Of a stretch of DNA of 64,000 nt, positions 26,758-39,444 are shown in pieces. The DNA is taken from assembly GCA_010015805.1 (NCBI GenBank), contig ML978121.1:2418001-2482000 (forward strand), written 5' to 3'. The position numbers were made by a program, and so were the translations under genes. The notes beneath the pieces are model-generated. The model did not search any database. It had not been told where the DNA came from and worked only from the letters and a program-made list of their open reading frames with translations. Source of the DNA: Rhizodiscina lignyota (taxonomy: Eukaryota). How positions within the stretch are numbered: the stretch's first letter is position 1; every line of letters starts with the position of its first letter.

Positions 26758-27576
26758 GGTGAATATTTTTAGCGCAAGGGCAAGACTTGATAAGGAAGGG
26801 GCAGTGATATCGATTTATAAAGGTGAGTACTCCACTAGAAGGTGGAGGTCGGGTAATGACCATCCGTAACGGGGCCGGATTAGTGGATTCGTGGATTCAG
26901 GTTACAACTTACCGTCATGTGAATGGTAATGGCCAACAGCTATCATATACTACCTACAAAGACTATTTCAATAGGCCGAGCTCTGAGCTCACTACTAACG
27001 CTGGATCAGTCCAGAGGCATATGAGACTTCGCCAAAGTTTGCGACACTGAAATCTCAACGAATTTATGTATGATTTCTTTAGTGACTCTCGCCAGCGTAC
27101 GAAGGAACTATCGGCGAGTTAGCTACACCAACTCGACATTATAACTACTCTCATCACAATAATGGACCCGACGCGCGTATATATATCCTTTCGACACATA
27201 AGACATTCAGCCACAGCACAATCTACACTTGCATTTCATGGGGCACACATTAGACGACCCATTGACAGATTCCTCATTTCCAAGCACGAAGCACAACGAT
27301 ATGAGAGATTGTTCGGAAATCAGGATGGTTTATTGGATTTTCACGGAAACACTCCTTCCAATGAGATGAGCACGTATAGCTCTGTTATCTTCAACTCGGC
27401 CTGATGGGTCGAAGCAGGCCTGTGTATTCGCCATGGAGTCACCCTGATCATGACCAACTTCCCAACATGGCAGCGGCATAATTATCCCGATCTCACATGA
27501 GTCATATTAGAGGTCTGTCACCGTACACGCAATATTGCACACTTTTGTCTTGATTTCAAACTTCTGCATTATTAAA

Positions 27577-28116
27577 ATGGCCTACAAGCTGCGTACTGCC
27601 ACGCTGGATGACCAGCAACGTCTTCACGGTTTGATTGAACGTTCCGTCCGAGAGCTGAGCGCCAACGACTACACACCGGAGCAAATCAAAGAGGCGATTG
27701 GAAACACATTCGGCGTGGACACACAGCTTATCAAGGACGAAACGTATTTCGTCGTCGAGGAGCAGTCATCGGGCCAAATCGTCGGTTGCGGAGGCTGGAG
27801 CTTTCGCAAGACTCTCTTTGGCAGCGACTTTGTCAAGGAGAGAAGCGCTTCTGAGCTCGACCCGGCAAGCGAGGCGGCGAAGATACGAGCCTTTTTTGTC
27901 GACCCTTCAATTACCCGCGCTGGCCTCGGTTCTATGCTCTTATCGCACTGCGAAGCTGAAGCCACTGCGCGTGGATTTCGGAAGCTTGAGCTCATGTCGA
28001 CCTTGCCGGGACAGCGATTCTACGCCGCAAAAGGATACATATATACGGGAGATCACTACCACGAACTGAGCCCTGGCTTAAAAATCAAGTTTATTTCGAT
28101 GCGGAAGAGCCTGTGA
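27577..28116 (+). CDS. GNAT-family N-acetyltransferase, intronless
   Basis: IVGCGGWS, AAKIRAFFVDP, acetyl-CoA motif A (RAGLGSMLL) and motif B (LMSTLPGQRFYAAKGY). Confidence 0.9.
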   Translation: MAYKLRTATLDDQQRLHGLIERSVRELSANDYTPEQIKEAIGNTFGVDTQLIKDETYFVVEEQSSGQIVGCGGWSFRKTLFGSDFVKERSASELDPASEAAKIRAFFVDPSITRAGLGSMLLSHCEAEATARGFRKLELMSTLPGQRFYAAKGYIYTGDHYHELSPGLKIKFISMRKSL

Positions 28117-28390
28117 TCGTGTGTCAATATGTTCGGCATCAGAAGCGGACCACGATTTGCAAGAATGCGCTGAAAATGTTCATGGCGGAAGTTTCTTGTA
28201 TGCTGAATATCGTTTCTTACATCTAATGCCTTGAGTTAGGTCTAACGGTGCTCCTAGGAAAATCCATCGGTTCCATAATCTACCATCAATGCGTCAGCCA
28301 TGCATAGCCTAAGGCGCTCTCACTATGCTCCTTGTAATCAGATAGGAATGACTGCCTCGGCATCCATCCAAGTTCCCAACCATTGCCACT

Positions 28391-29689
28391 CTAATTAAGA
28401 TTCCGCCATCGCCAGATCGTGTAATACACTCTCAGCCCACACCAGATCAGCCATTTCGTACCCCACGGAGCCTCGTCGCTGATTGCGGTGTACATATAAG
28501 TCTCGATATTCTTCTCGGGCCCTCCCGGATCGAAGAACATGGCGTCCATCATGTCCTTTGTCATTTGTTGAACTCTGGTTCCTCGTACAAACATGTCTTC
28601 TTCGAACTTCTTGACGTCTGTTGAGATCGCCAGCGCGCGTTCTTCGGCCGATATTGAAGGCGAGCATTTATTGCAAGCGGAAATGATCGCATCGGCGAGC
28701 TTCATTGCGTCCGCCATCGCTACATTAACACCTTCTCCAGCGAAAGGAGTCATGAGATGAGCGGCGTCGCCGAGGAGTGTGAGGTAAGGTTTGTGCGTCC
28801 ACTTGTGTCCGATCCGGAGCATGTAGAGGTTTCTGGGCACGGCGACATCTTCGTCGGCCTTTTCGAGGAAACTGACGAGCGTTGGATTCCAGCCTTTGTC
28901 TTTCAGTCCGTTTGAAAGTGCAATTTTGGAGGCTTTTGCATCGTTGCAATTATACAAGGCTATCTCCTGCCAGTTTTCCGGTACGAGCATCCAATTCGAG
29001 ACGCTCAATGCAGCATCTGTTGCGAGTTGTTGCGCAGTCAGACCCATACCCAGGCCAAACGAGAAGAGAGATCCTCGATTAACTAAGGTATATAGCTCCG
29101 GTTGTGTCTTTTCGACGTTCTTGATGTGAAAGTTGATCCCCGAGATTCCAGAATAGAAAGGCTTGTCGGGTGACAGGGCGTTACGGACTTTGCTCCAAGC
29201 ACCATCGCCGCCAACGACAAGGTCGAAGCCAGTTTCCACGCCATGATCAAAGTGCAAAGATGGTTTGCCATCCTGATCCAAGGTAACATTTTGAAGCTTG
29301 TGATTCCATTTGATCATATCCGGTGGAAGAGAATCGATCAGAATCTGACGGAGTTGTATTCTATCGATCTCCGGACGTCCTCTCGTCGACTTTTCCTGTG
29401 TGCCTCCAAGGTTGATGAATCTCTTTAGGTCTTTGTTGCACACGATAAATGCTTCGCCATCGAACCTTGCGTGCTCGACGAACTCATCGTAAAGTTGTGC
29501 CTTCTTCAAAGCCGCTAAGCCCGTGTCTGTGTGAAGATCTAACGTGCCACCTTGAGTTCGGGCATCCAGTGATTTTTCGCTCTCGTAGATAATAATGTCG
29601 ACATCAACCTTGGAAACGAGAAGGAGACGAGCAAGAGTGCAGCCCGAAGGCCCAGCACCGATAACGGCAATTCTTGGCTTGCTAGCCAT
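28391..29689 (-). CDS. FAD-dependent monooxygenase, TetX-like, intronless
   Basis: GAGPSG, QGGTLDLH, RPEIDR, DLVVGGDGAWSKVR and LLGDAAHLMTPFAGEGVN. Confidence 0.92.
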   Translation of the reverse strand: MASKPRIAVIGAGPSGCTLARLLLVSKVDVDIIIYESEKSLDARTQGGTLDLHTDTGLAALKKAQLYDEFVEHARFDGEAFIVCNKDLKRFINLGGTQEKSTRGRPEIDRIQLRQILIDSLPPDMIKWNHKLQNVTLDQDGKPSLHFDHGVETGFDLVVGGDGAWSKVRNALSPDKPFYSGISGINFHIKNVEKTQPELYTLVNRGSLFSFGLGMGLTAQQLATDAALSVSNWMLVPENWQEIALYNCNDAKASKIALSNGLKDKGWNPTLVSFLEKADEDVAVPRNLYMLRIGHKWTHKPYLTLLGDAAHLMTPFAGEGVNVAMADAMKLADAIISACNKCSPSISAEERALAISTDVKKFEEDMFVRGTRVQQMTKDMMDAMFFDPGGPEKNIETYMYTAISDEAPWGTKWLIWCGLRVYYTIWRWRNLN

Positions 29690-30320
29690 TCCAGGGATGC
29701 TATGTAGTACTTGATGAAGAGGTCAATAGGTGGGATGTAATATACTGCAATTCAATGTGGTTGGAAATGCTACGAGACTGCTATTGGAGCTTTGCTGACG
29801 CGGGTAAGGGTGGTGATACGTTTGACAGAGAGGGCGCACTCAAAAGGGTAAACGCCCGTTCTTATACCAGTCCTCGGTTCCCAAAACCATCATTGCAACT
29901 CAACGTCAAACAAGCTTGTATGGAGCCGATTGAGTATTTCTTGTTGCCCGTAACCGAATCCTTCGGCCTTGGCTCTTCAGCCACGTTTGTTGTTGTTGGA
30001 CATGGCACCGAGAGCTCTCGGCCTCCGGCACGCACAATGTTTCTCACGCTCCGATTGGTTATTTCACTTCGTACGAATGCTATCTCCTGATCGTCGCAAA
30101 CCTTGCTAAGTGCGGATAGCTCTAATCGTGCGTGCTGAATAACGCTCAAGCCGCAATTAAAATATAGTGCGCAGAGATTCAGTTAGGTGCCGTTCCGCTT
30201 TTCTACTAGCTCTGAAGGGTCGTTGAAGGGTCGTTGAAGTGGTGAGCCGACCGTCATTCAGTTTATGTATTTTCTATTTTCGGGACCTTTGTACAGCTCG
30301 CTCAATCGTCTGATTCAATT

Positions 30321-32204
30321 TCACATCTTAACCTCCGCTGGGACGCTGATTTCCATAGGATCCACTCCCTTCTTCAACTCGCTCTTGGAGGGCATCGCCG
30401 CCCTTCTCATCAGCTCTGCGCACTGTGTCATGTAAGGATCCTTCATCATACTTGCCACCGCGACGACCTCCTCCCCCTTGCAGTAGTATGCTACCCAGCT
30501 CACGCTTTTCTGGGGATCTGTTTCGCCCTTCACGATCAAGTCGTCATATCCGCCAGCCATCGTATTACCGCAATACCGTAGTTGTGCACCCATGGCTGAC
30601 CAGAAGACGGGAATGAACGGCTTTGGTTTCGATGACGGCTTCGCAATAGTCAGGGCTACGCTGCGGCCAGCATTTTGAGCGACGTTCCAGTGCTCAATAC
30701 GCACGGGATGGCCGTTGCCACCAGGGCCGTGATATGGGTATGTTGCTATGTCTCCGATGGCGTAGACATCCTTCAGGCCTTTAACTGCAAAGGACTCGTC
30801 GGTGGTGAGTGACCCATCTCGGTTGAGTTCGACTGCGCTATTGCCTCGGAGATACTCTGTTGCTGGTCCGACGCCCACGCCTTCGATGACAAGGTCCGCT
30901 TCGATCTCAGTGCCATCCTTCAGGAGGACGGCTCCAACCTTGGAGGAATCACTCTTTGACGGTGTTGCTTTGTCGACGGAGGCCTGCATGTAGAATTTTA
31001 CACCGGTCTTCTCGACAAGACCTTGGAAAATCTTGCCAATTTCCTCTCCCATTACGCGCTCCATGGGAACCTTCTCCATACCAACGATAGAAACAGTATT
31101 CCCTTTCTGAGCCAACGCATTGCCGACTTCCATGCCAATAAATGAGCTACCAATGACCACGATCTTCTTGCCATTGTCGCCCACAGCTTGTAAGATTTGC
31201 TGCACATCTGGAATTGTCCTGAGGACGAAAACATTTCCAAGGTCACCTTTCAGGCCAGAGAGGGGCAGCCATCGGGGTGTACCGCCGGTGGCGAGGACAA
31301 GCTTCGAATAGTCGTACGTCTTGCCAGATGCCGATGATACCTTTTTGCCAGAGAAGTCGACTGACTTGACTTCATCTGTAACGAATTCCACTGAAGCGTC
31401 TTGATAAAATGCGTCGTTTCTCCAGGCTGCCGCTTTCGCATCTGCGAGCAATGCCTTGGAGAGCTTCGTGCGGTCGATCGGTAGGTATCCTTCCCTGCTG
31501 ATGACGGTAACTGGCCCTGAAAATCCGTTTTCTCTCAGAGCTTCAATGAGGCCCACAGTGCCAGAGCCACTACAAGCCATTAGCCATGACCATAATTTGC
31601 CCTTTCTATCCTAAAACATACCCGCCAACGATAAGGACTTTGTCCGTGCCCTTCGCGGCACACTTCAAACTCAGCCCTCGTCTCGCTGCTTTGACAACGC
31701 TTTCTTCACCCTTGATGTATACAGCACCATTCTTCTCCACAATCTCGAACTTCGCAAGGGGGTCGAGGGCCGGTGCATCTTCAATCTCCCCGGTCGAGAT
31801 CTTAAAGCAAGCTGCGAAATGGTCAGCGTCGGAGATGCACACAGCATTTGATGCTTGAATAACCAACCTCCATGCCACGGACATGTCAGCCTCCCCGAGC
31901 CCGTGATCACGCCTTTCACCAAAGGCGCGCCATAGTGCGTGCACTTTGGGCTCAGAGCGTGCACCTCATTGTTCACCTTCGCGAGCAGCACCTTTACGTC
32001 CTGCAGCCCTTCAACCTCATATTCCTCTTTTTGACCATTTTTTAGATCAATTGAGCTGATGCCCTTCAACTTAAACTCCTGTGCCATTGTTTGTGCCGCT
32101 GTCGTTTGGAAATATCGGTGTATATGTGGATTGTTTGCGGGACGGCGGGGTACTCGGAGTGATTTGAAGTTGTAGAGAAGGCGACCGGTCCGTGAAGAAC
32201 TCAT
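30321..32204 (-). CDS. AIF-like Rieske [2Fe-2S] / FAD-NAD oxidoreductase, 3 exons
   Basis: Rieske CTHYG...CPWHG, IVGGGSG, IGSSFIGME, YAIGDIA and RIEHWNVA. Introns about 31868-31812 and 31620-31571. The N-terminus resembles a mitochondrial presequence. Confidence 0.92.
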
Positions 32205-32559
32205 ATAAATTATTTCAACGGAAATCAAAGGCTCATGGATCTTACATATGACCCTGCTTCCTGTCAGCCTAAGAGAAGTGGCAGTGATGTTGCTTTGAAA
32301 GCGTGGGGGAGATAGTCTTCTGTTGCCAGGGGAGCTTCAACTTTCGTCGTCATCGAATGTCATCCAATTTTGCCGCGCCGTGATTGGCCGGTCTTATTTC
32401 CGCGTCATCACCTCTATGCCGCATTCCAAATCCGACGGAGCAAAAGAGCATATATCGGGTCAAATATCGCATTCAAAAGCGAGGGGCCATAACTTGAAAC
32501 ACTGACTGGGACAGCCGCGCAAGCTAATTGAAATCCCACAGCAATTGACCCTGATTATT

Positions 32560-33187
32560 ATGGCTCGTGAGCTTCCCTGACAACCTCAATGGACATAGAA
32601 CCGGCAGTAGCTAACGGGAATCTGTAGACACGACGTTTCCCTCAGATCTACCTGTGCCCGTCGACGATGGAGCCACTTCTCATCTCTCAGGCAGTATCAT
32701 GCCATCCGTGTCCCTTCCTGCGACGGACGATTCTTCCATAGACCTCACCACCCTCCCCGGCCTTGTCATCGCGTTCTGCTACCCACGAACCGGCGCGCCG
32801 AAAGAGACCGTGCCCGACTCGTGGAACGCTATACCTGGTGCGCGTGGCTGTACTCCTCAGGCATGCTCCTTCCGCGACCTGTTCTCGGAGCTTGCATCCT
32901 ACAATGTGTCTCGTGTCTTTGGGATCAGCACACAAGACACAGATTATCAGCGGGAGGCTAAGAAGAGATTGAAGCTTCCGTATGAACTGCTGAGCGATGA
33001 GAAGCTTAAGTTCGTGGAGGCATTGAAGCTACCGACGTTCGAGTGGGAGGGCAAGAAGGTCATTAAGAGACTGACACTCGCGATAATGGACGGGAAGATT
33101 GTACATGTGTGGTATCCCGTATTCCCGCCTGATAAGAGCGCAGAACAAGTGCTGGATTGGCTGAAGAACGCACCCAAACTATCATGA
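32560..33187 (+). CDS. Peroxiredoxin (BCP/PrxQ-like redoxin)
   Basis: Micro-exon ATGGCTC plus intron (gtgagc...gctaac...gtag) gives MAHTTFPSDLPVPVDDGA; YPRTG, GARGCTPQACSFRD and VWYPVFPPD motifs. Confidence 0.9.
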
Positions 33188-33628
33188 AAATCATGGACGT
33201 GAGTCAATTATGGCCAAGTTAAGCCCGATTCCGTCAAACCAAGTACAAATCTCCTTTCTGCGACCATAATTCGGCCTTCAACATAACTGGAGCAGAAATG
33301 AGCTCCAGCATTGGACGTGTCGAACGTCCGTGCTAAGAGTTGCGAATATATTGAGCATTGCACCTCCGACGTGCCTCGCTATCACCAACAGCCAGAGAGA
33401 TGTTCACATCTCCACGGGTTCCCTGGACTCCATCACCCCAAAAGAGTGCGCTCTTCCCATGCTTGCATTTCCATTCGAGTCTTTTCAATCTCTGCTTTTG
33501 CATTTCAGGCTACATTTCTATTTCAGTCGATACTGATGTCTAAATCCATTTCCATGGACGCCTCTGGCAAGTTGTCAGTCCTTTGGTGACTCGAGGCCTT
33601 CAAGTGAATTATACAGAAAATCGTATCG

Positions 33629-34268
33629 CTATCTCATTTGCGGAACAGAAGCAACCTGAAGAAGGAGATCACATTGTTCAATACGTTGGAGAATCTGTGC
33701 GGGATCCAGACCTCCCCTGATGAGCGTCAAGACCTCTGTAGAGCCCGCTGAAGACCGATCTCGAAGAAGGTTAAAAATCTGCTCGTAGGGGGATAGCTGC
33801 TGAAGGATTTCTGTATTTTTGCGTTTGAGTGCTTGGGTACGGGTCTCTCCACTAGTAGTCGCATAGGCGCACTCTGTGCCTGCTGAAGCACATCGCTTGC
33901 ATGCAGGGCGTTCTCCCGTACACTCGTTCCAAGTCAGCCAAAAGTGCCGACGCTATGTGAGTTGTTCACACCTTGGATTTTCGCTTTCGGCAAGCTTCAC
34001 ATGCTACCATTTGGTGTTGTCGTATCCTGGGCCTTGGCGCTCTGGGTTCTGAGGCCAGACTCGATTCCGTTCTAGGTCGTAAAGGACGCAATTTTCCATG
34101 GTTGGCATCAGAGGTTACAATTAGTCCCGTTTCAGAGTCAAAAGAATCCAAGGACTTAGAGGAGGTGGTCTGTTCTGATTGTATTTTTGGAGGGCTCGAA
34201 GATATGGATGAGACAATTGGCTTCGGTCGTGGGCTAGCAGTGTTCGAAGACTCAGAATCCCGCTCCAT
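33629..34268 (-). pseudogene. Zn(II)2Cys6 transcription factor, truncated, probable pseudogene
   Basis: ACEACRKRKSK|CTGERPACKRCASAGTEC binuclear cluster followed by a dimerisation region. TAG at 33631-33629 interrupts VPQMR*RYDF, the intron acceptor is an atypical GAG, and no downstream TF domain is visible. Confidence 0.7.
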
Positions 34269-34779
34269 AATTGAGCTGCATGCGATGAAATGAACGAGAT
34301 CTGCAGTTGAGGGCCTGCGTGAATGAGATATATTTTGGAAGGGAGGCTCTGATTAGTTGGCGGCATCGTCTCCGCTGCGGTCTCCTACCTTCAGTTCGTG
34401 ACAATAGCATGTCATCATAGCGCGTCGCTTTCCACCGTTGACCTAGCTAGTTCGTGACACTCTTTCCTGTTTTACTTAAAGGAGAGCTAATTCTCATTTA
34501 ATGGGGGCAGCCACTTTAAGAATGTAATCGTTGCTATCGACTTGCCTTAGAAAATAAATGATTCGCCAAATGTGTCCTCATCGAGTTTGCGGTGTACTGT
34601 ATCTAGCTCTGCGAAGCAGTGAGACGGTATTCGGTACGCTAATGAGACCAATCAAAAAATGGAGATTGCTGATTGGAAACTACGAGATTGCGAATACCGG
34701 TTCTTGTCGAAATAAGAGAATGTCTATTATTGCTCACTTCGCTGACCGATATTTTCATGTCGTACGTATAGAGTAGGTA

Positions 34780-35340
34780 GCACAAGTAGCACCTGGATTA
34801 TGGTACGCCGTACATAGCGCTAGCTTACTTGGGAGGTCAATCGCTCCACAATCTCACCAGAAGAAACCATAAGAAAAAATGCTTTAATCGCAAGAAAATA
34901 TGGGCAATAAACTGAGCGAAAGGATTTTGAAGGTAACCAGCCTCTACATCGGGGGAGAAATCGACCTACCTATTTTGACACCCGGATAGCTACTTTCTAG
35001 CCCCTCTCACGACCGCAATATTACCTAATAATTATAATATTGGTGTATACATGAGCTAGAAGAAATAGTTTGTATAAGTCTCTACTTTAATTTTTAAGAA
35101 AATATTAGTATTCGGAGAAGCTGGCGAACAAGTGCTTATATCGCTAGGCCTGACGTAGAGCCAGCCAGTTCATGCACAGGGACGCTAGAGTATGCGGCTA
35201 GGCGACTTTAGGTTTAAGCTATCCTAAAGCCGCTAGACTTGTGCTGTGACGGTTCCGTGTTTGCAGTGCAACAAACAATTCGAATTATTACTACAACGAA
35301 GTGGAAACTCGTTGTAGGAATAAAACTTAAATTACATGAT
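34780..35340. other. AT/TpA-rich tract, possible RIP-degraded repeat remnant
   Basis: Local AT rise with dense TA/TAG/CTA (e.g. ttacctaataattataatatt, tactttaatttttaagaaaatattagta), lying between two pseudogenes. Confidence 0.35.
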
Positions 35341-36099
35341 GTTTGAATACCTCGATGGCTCGGGTACTTTCGAGGTCTTCAGAAGCACAGCACCCTCAGA
35401 GTTCACTACATGGGAACATGCATAGAGCAAACGCCAATGCTAATGGAGCTCACCACGATGCCGTAGGAATTGACGACATGATCTCTCTTAATGACAACAT
35501 GAACGCTGCGGATCTTGTGGATAGTTTGCATTCCAAGTGATATAAGGCCTTGGGAGCGTAACAGTGGAGCTTCTTCAATTGTCAAGCCCACGAAACCCTT
35601 AGGTCCCTGCTGGAAATGTATTATTTTTGACAGTTGGCTCTTCGAAAAAAAAAGTTTCATGATGTGAAAGGCCGCGATCATCATTGCATTTTCTGATAGA
35701 TCTGGAATCAATCGGCACCACTTCTCCAAACGGGCCATGGTCAAGGCTGAACTTGCTGAGGCGGTGAAAGCATTGAGTACGGCCAGAACCGCAAACTCGA
35801 AGTAGAAATGGTGTGCCGTTGTGAGCGGCATGACCTTCTGGTGACTGAGGGCAGCGAACCAGATCCAGTCCACCTGTGCTCCGCTCTCGCGCTACAGGTC
35901 GTAAAAGAGATTCTGAATACCTTACTGCTTATTGTTCTCATGCTCCTTGCTCCTTTGCCTGAATATCGATTATGTTTTGCCCACGTACAAATATGATACC
36001 TCGCTCTTTAGCCACCCGCAGTACACTCCGCAATCCAAGTCATCGCCCTTCTCAGTTTCGTAGCACTTCATCTTTCGGGCGCCATACGCTCGGCAGTGC

Positions 36100-37118
36100 G
36101 GCACAGGCCAGCCATCCTCCTTCTCTGGGTCCAACAGTTGCAAGAATATCGTCGGTCTTTCCGTCGGGTCCAGTCTGCCCGCTGCCATACGAGCCTTGAC
36201 ATCTTCGGTTTGTTTCACGCCCTCCATCTGCATGCTTGTGACGTGGCCAAGGGGTTCTGAGAGGTATGGCGCAAGCCAGGGCGGCGTCTTCAGCGCGAGA
36301 GACGGAAGGACGGGAATGGCTGGGACACCCACATGGCTGGCCCGACAGCCACGTACCATGCGGAAGAGGTAGGTGCCTAAATCGGAGGAGTCGAGGAGGT
36401 TTTAGGATTTGCCAAATTCAAAGTCCTGCAGAAGACGCATCAGTATCATGTCTTTATCTCCAGCGTCCCAAGTCAAACAGTACCGTAATGGCGTCCACTA
36501 AAACGGAGCGGAACGCATGATGCAAGTCCACTGGCTTGTTTCCCTCAATGCCATTCTCCATGAGCTTCACAAGCTTCCGCGTTTTATCCTATACAAACTT
36601 CCTCCAGCTTAAGGGCCATCCTGCGGGAAAAGAAGGGATTCAGCAAGCTTCTTCTGTGCTTACGGAGATCGTTCGGTAGAGTGTCGAAAGTACTGTGTGG
36701 GGCATTCACGGCATTGTACAATCTTGGTGATTTCCAGAACCTTGCTCCAATAAAGTATATCCTGTCATAGTTCTCGAGATCGCAGAGGTGGGCTTGATCT
36801 GGTGGGATCCGCACGACGGGGCCTGTCTTGATGTTAACCGCATTGAAGTGAGGTGAAGCGTATTGATGGAGTGCTGGAGTCGTTAGGTGTACTATACGGA
36901 TATCTCTCATGGAGTTTCTCAATCTGGAGGTAGTATCGCCAATTGAAACTTGACTGATAGAGAAACGTTACAGCAGCAAGAGACGCCCCCAAAACTTTGG
37001 CCAGAGGGTGGAAGAAGCGTCTGTACACTGCAACGTACGTAGCATAGTTGGTCGCTAGTAGGGCAATGCTATACCAGAAATAAGGATGCGCAATGGTGGA
37101 TGTAACCGAAGGACCCAT
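36100..37118 (-). pseudogene. Cytochrome P450 pseudogene (trichodiene-oxygenase-like N-terminal half)
   Basis: TM anchor, YRRFFHPLAK, GPVVRI, RRSLLNPFFSRR, VDLHHAFRSV and PTIFLQLL motifs. Frameshift plus TAG near 36590, further stops, and no I-helix, ExxR or heme-Cys region. Confidence 0.85.
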
Positions 37119-38259
37119 GGCTATCTCCTCGTCTTATTCGCTTTCGCCAGCAGCTTTCCGCAGGGCGAGACTCTGCGCTCAATTGCAGCGTCCGACGAGA
37201 CGCTTATCCTTTCACACGTGCATAGATCGGTGCATCTTAAACAGAAGCGACATTGAGCATTGCCCTCTGATGATACCTACCTAAACTCTCAACGGATGGC
37301 ATTCAACGTTTGCTGTTGCACTTCCCCACCGTCACTGAAGGCAAGCACCTGGATCGGGATTTAAAAAGCAGCTCCATGGTGGATGCCTACAACGAACTGT
37401 ACTTTACTGGATGATATAGCAAGAGAGATCTGCATGCACTTTAGAAGTGAGCATCGGATGGGGAGAGGAAGTCCGATGGAATGGAACGATTCTGCATGGA
37501 AATGGAAGTCGGCTACGCCATGATTCAAGAAACGGAAGCGCGGAACGGGGCGACAAATACGCTTGCGTCGTTTAGCGCAACGCGCAGGGTCTCCTAGTTT
37601 ATCCGCCTGAAGAAACGACATCGTGGGCATGCAGTGGTGTGGGTCGCGATTGGAGCGCTTAACTGTGCGAATGCTCCCCTGCCTGCAAGAAATTCAGGAG
37701 GCGATACCCCGAACATACACATAGGAGGTGTGGGTTGTTCAGGTCAGACAGTTTGCGGAGGAGAAGTGTCCACGAGACGTGGCATGACTCGCAAGAAGTG
37801 CATAAACGACGTGAATCAGGCAATGGAGCTACTCAATTTTGAGGAGATATGCCATGAAACCTCTCGACGATCAGGCTACTGCATCGGGATCTCGGGACGC
37901 TGAAAGCGGGAGGCCAGAGGGAGAGCCAGATCTGCCGTTACCATGAGTCGCTCCCTAGGGGCCATGCGCTGCCTGTCCCTCTGAAATACGCTGTGCGGCC
38001 GTATTGCTGCGTCTTGCGCGTTATTTTATCTTTTCTTTCTCTCTCTCCCTCTCACTGTCGCAAGTTCGCTGCACGAATTTCTTTTGCCGGGCGGCACTTT
38101 GAGCGCATTTCGATTTCTGGCACGTAGTGGAACGGATCGACAGGCGCACGTTGCTAAACTCTTACCCCTTTCTTTGGATGCGGGGGTCCAGCGGTCTGGA
38201 ATTCCGGGGCGCCCTCACGAAACTGGCGGAGTGCGCTCCGACGCCGGCGAGGAATTCCT

Positions 38260-39444
38260 ATGGTGAACGAGACTGGAGCCGCGCAGCAAGATGATGGAGG
38301 GCAAGAATGGATACACATACCTGTTGTACTACTCTCATCTTGCAATAAGTCAAGTTTGACGCCGTAGCTAATAAGTCACGGCGCAGTCCGATGCCGCGGC
38401 GATAGAGGTAGACGAAGCGTATGGTGATGAACTCTTGGACGACACCACCAGCGTCGCATCGACAATATATCGACATCGCTACGAGCATGGCCGACGATAT
38501 TCAAAGTTCCGCGAGAACTCGTACTGGGGACCCAACGACGACATCCAAAACGATCAACTCGACATCGCGCATCATATGGTCCGAGTCTTGCTTGACGACA
38601 AGCTCTATCTGTGCCCGATAAAAGAGCCGCAAAGAGTCCTCGATCTAGGTTGCGGCACCGGCATATGGTGTATCGACTTCGCAGACGAACACCCTGGAGC
38701 CGAAGTTATAGGCGTCGACATCTCCCCAATCCAACCGGAATTCGTGCCACCGAATTGCAAGTTCGAGCTTGATGACATATGTGACCCATGGACATACCCT
38801 GAGAACCATTTCGATTTTATCCACATAGGAAGCTTGTTGGGCTCCATAGCCGATTGGCCGAAATTGTACGAAGAGATATACAACCACCTGGCACCGGGCG
38901 GGTATCTCTGCCAACTCGAAATGGACATCCGGTTCAAGAGCGATGACGGCACGGTACCAGATGACCATATCATGGCAATATGGTCGAAAACATTTATCGA
39001 AGCAGGTGAAAAGTTTGGGAAGACATTCAAGATTGCGGAGAAATGTAAGCAGTATATCATCGACGCTGGCTTCGAGGACGTGCACCAGGTCAAATACAAG
39101 CTGCCTTGCGGAGGTTGGAGTTCAGATCCGAAGATGAAAGAAGTGGGAAGGTGGAATTTTCTGCATTGTTATCAGGGCGCCGAAGGTTGGGCCTTATTTC
39201 TGTGCACACATGTTCTGGAGGTAAGAACAATCTGCACTCGACTGGAACCTGGCTGACTGGGCACAGTGGAAAATAGAAGAAGCAAGAGTATTCATTGCAC
39301 AGTTTAGAAAGGCGGTTAAGGATCGAAATACCCATTCATACTTTGAAGTGTAAGTACTGACTGTGATTGAAGATGTTACAAGGTACTTGACTTTACTAAC
39401 ACTGTGGTAGTGTCTCTGTATACGGCAGGAAGCCGCTTGAGTGA
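38260..39444 (+). CDS. SAM-dependent methyltransferase (LaeA-like/TAM family), 4 exons
   Basis: YEHGRRY, YWGPND, VLDLGCGTGIW, GVDISPIQP, FDFIH and terminal VYGRKP. First exon is inferred from a gtacta...gctaat...cag intron. Confidence 0.9.

Noticed and set aside
30214..30239. Short tandem duplication (GAAGGGTCGTT)x2
   Set aside because: Two copies in a 3' intergenic region; ordinary slippage, not an array.
35406..35873. 155-aa minus-strand ORF below the P450 relic
   Set aside because: Lacks P450 C-terminal motifs (ExxR, PERW, FxxGxxxC) and could not be assigned to any family.
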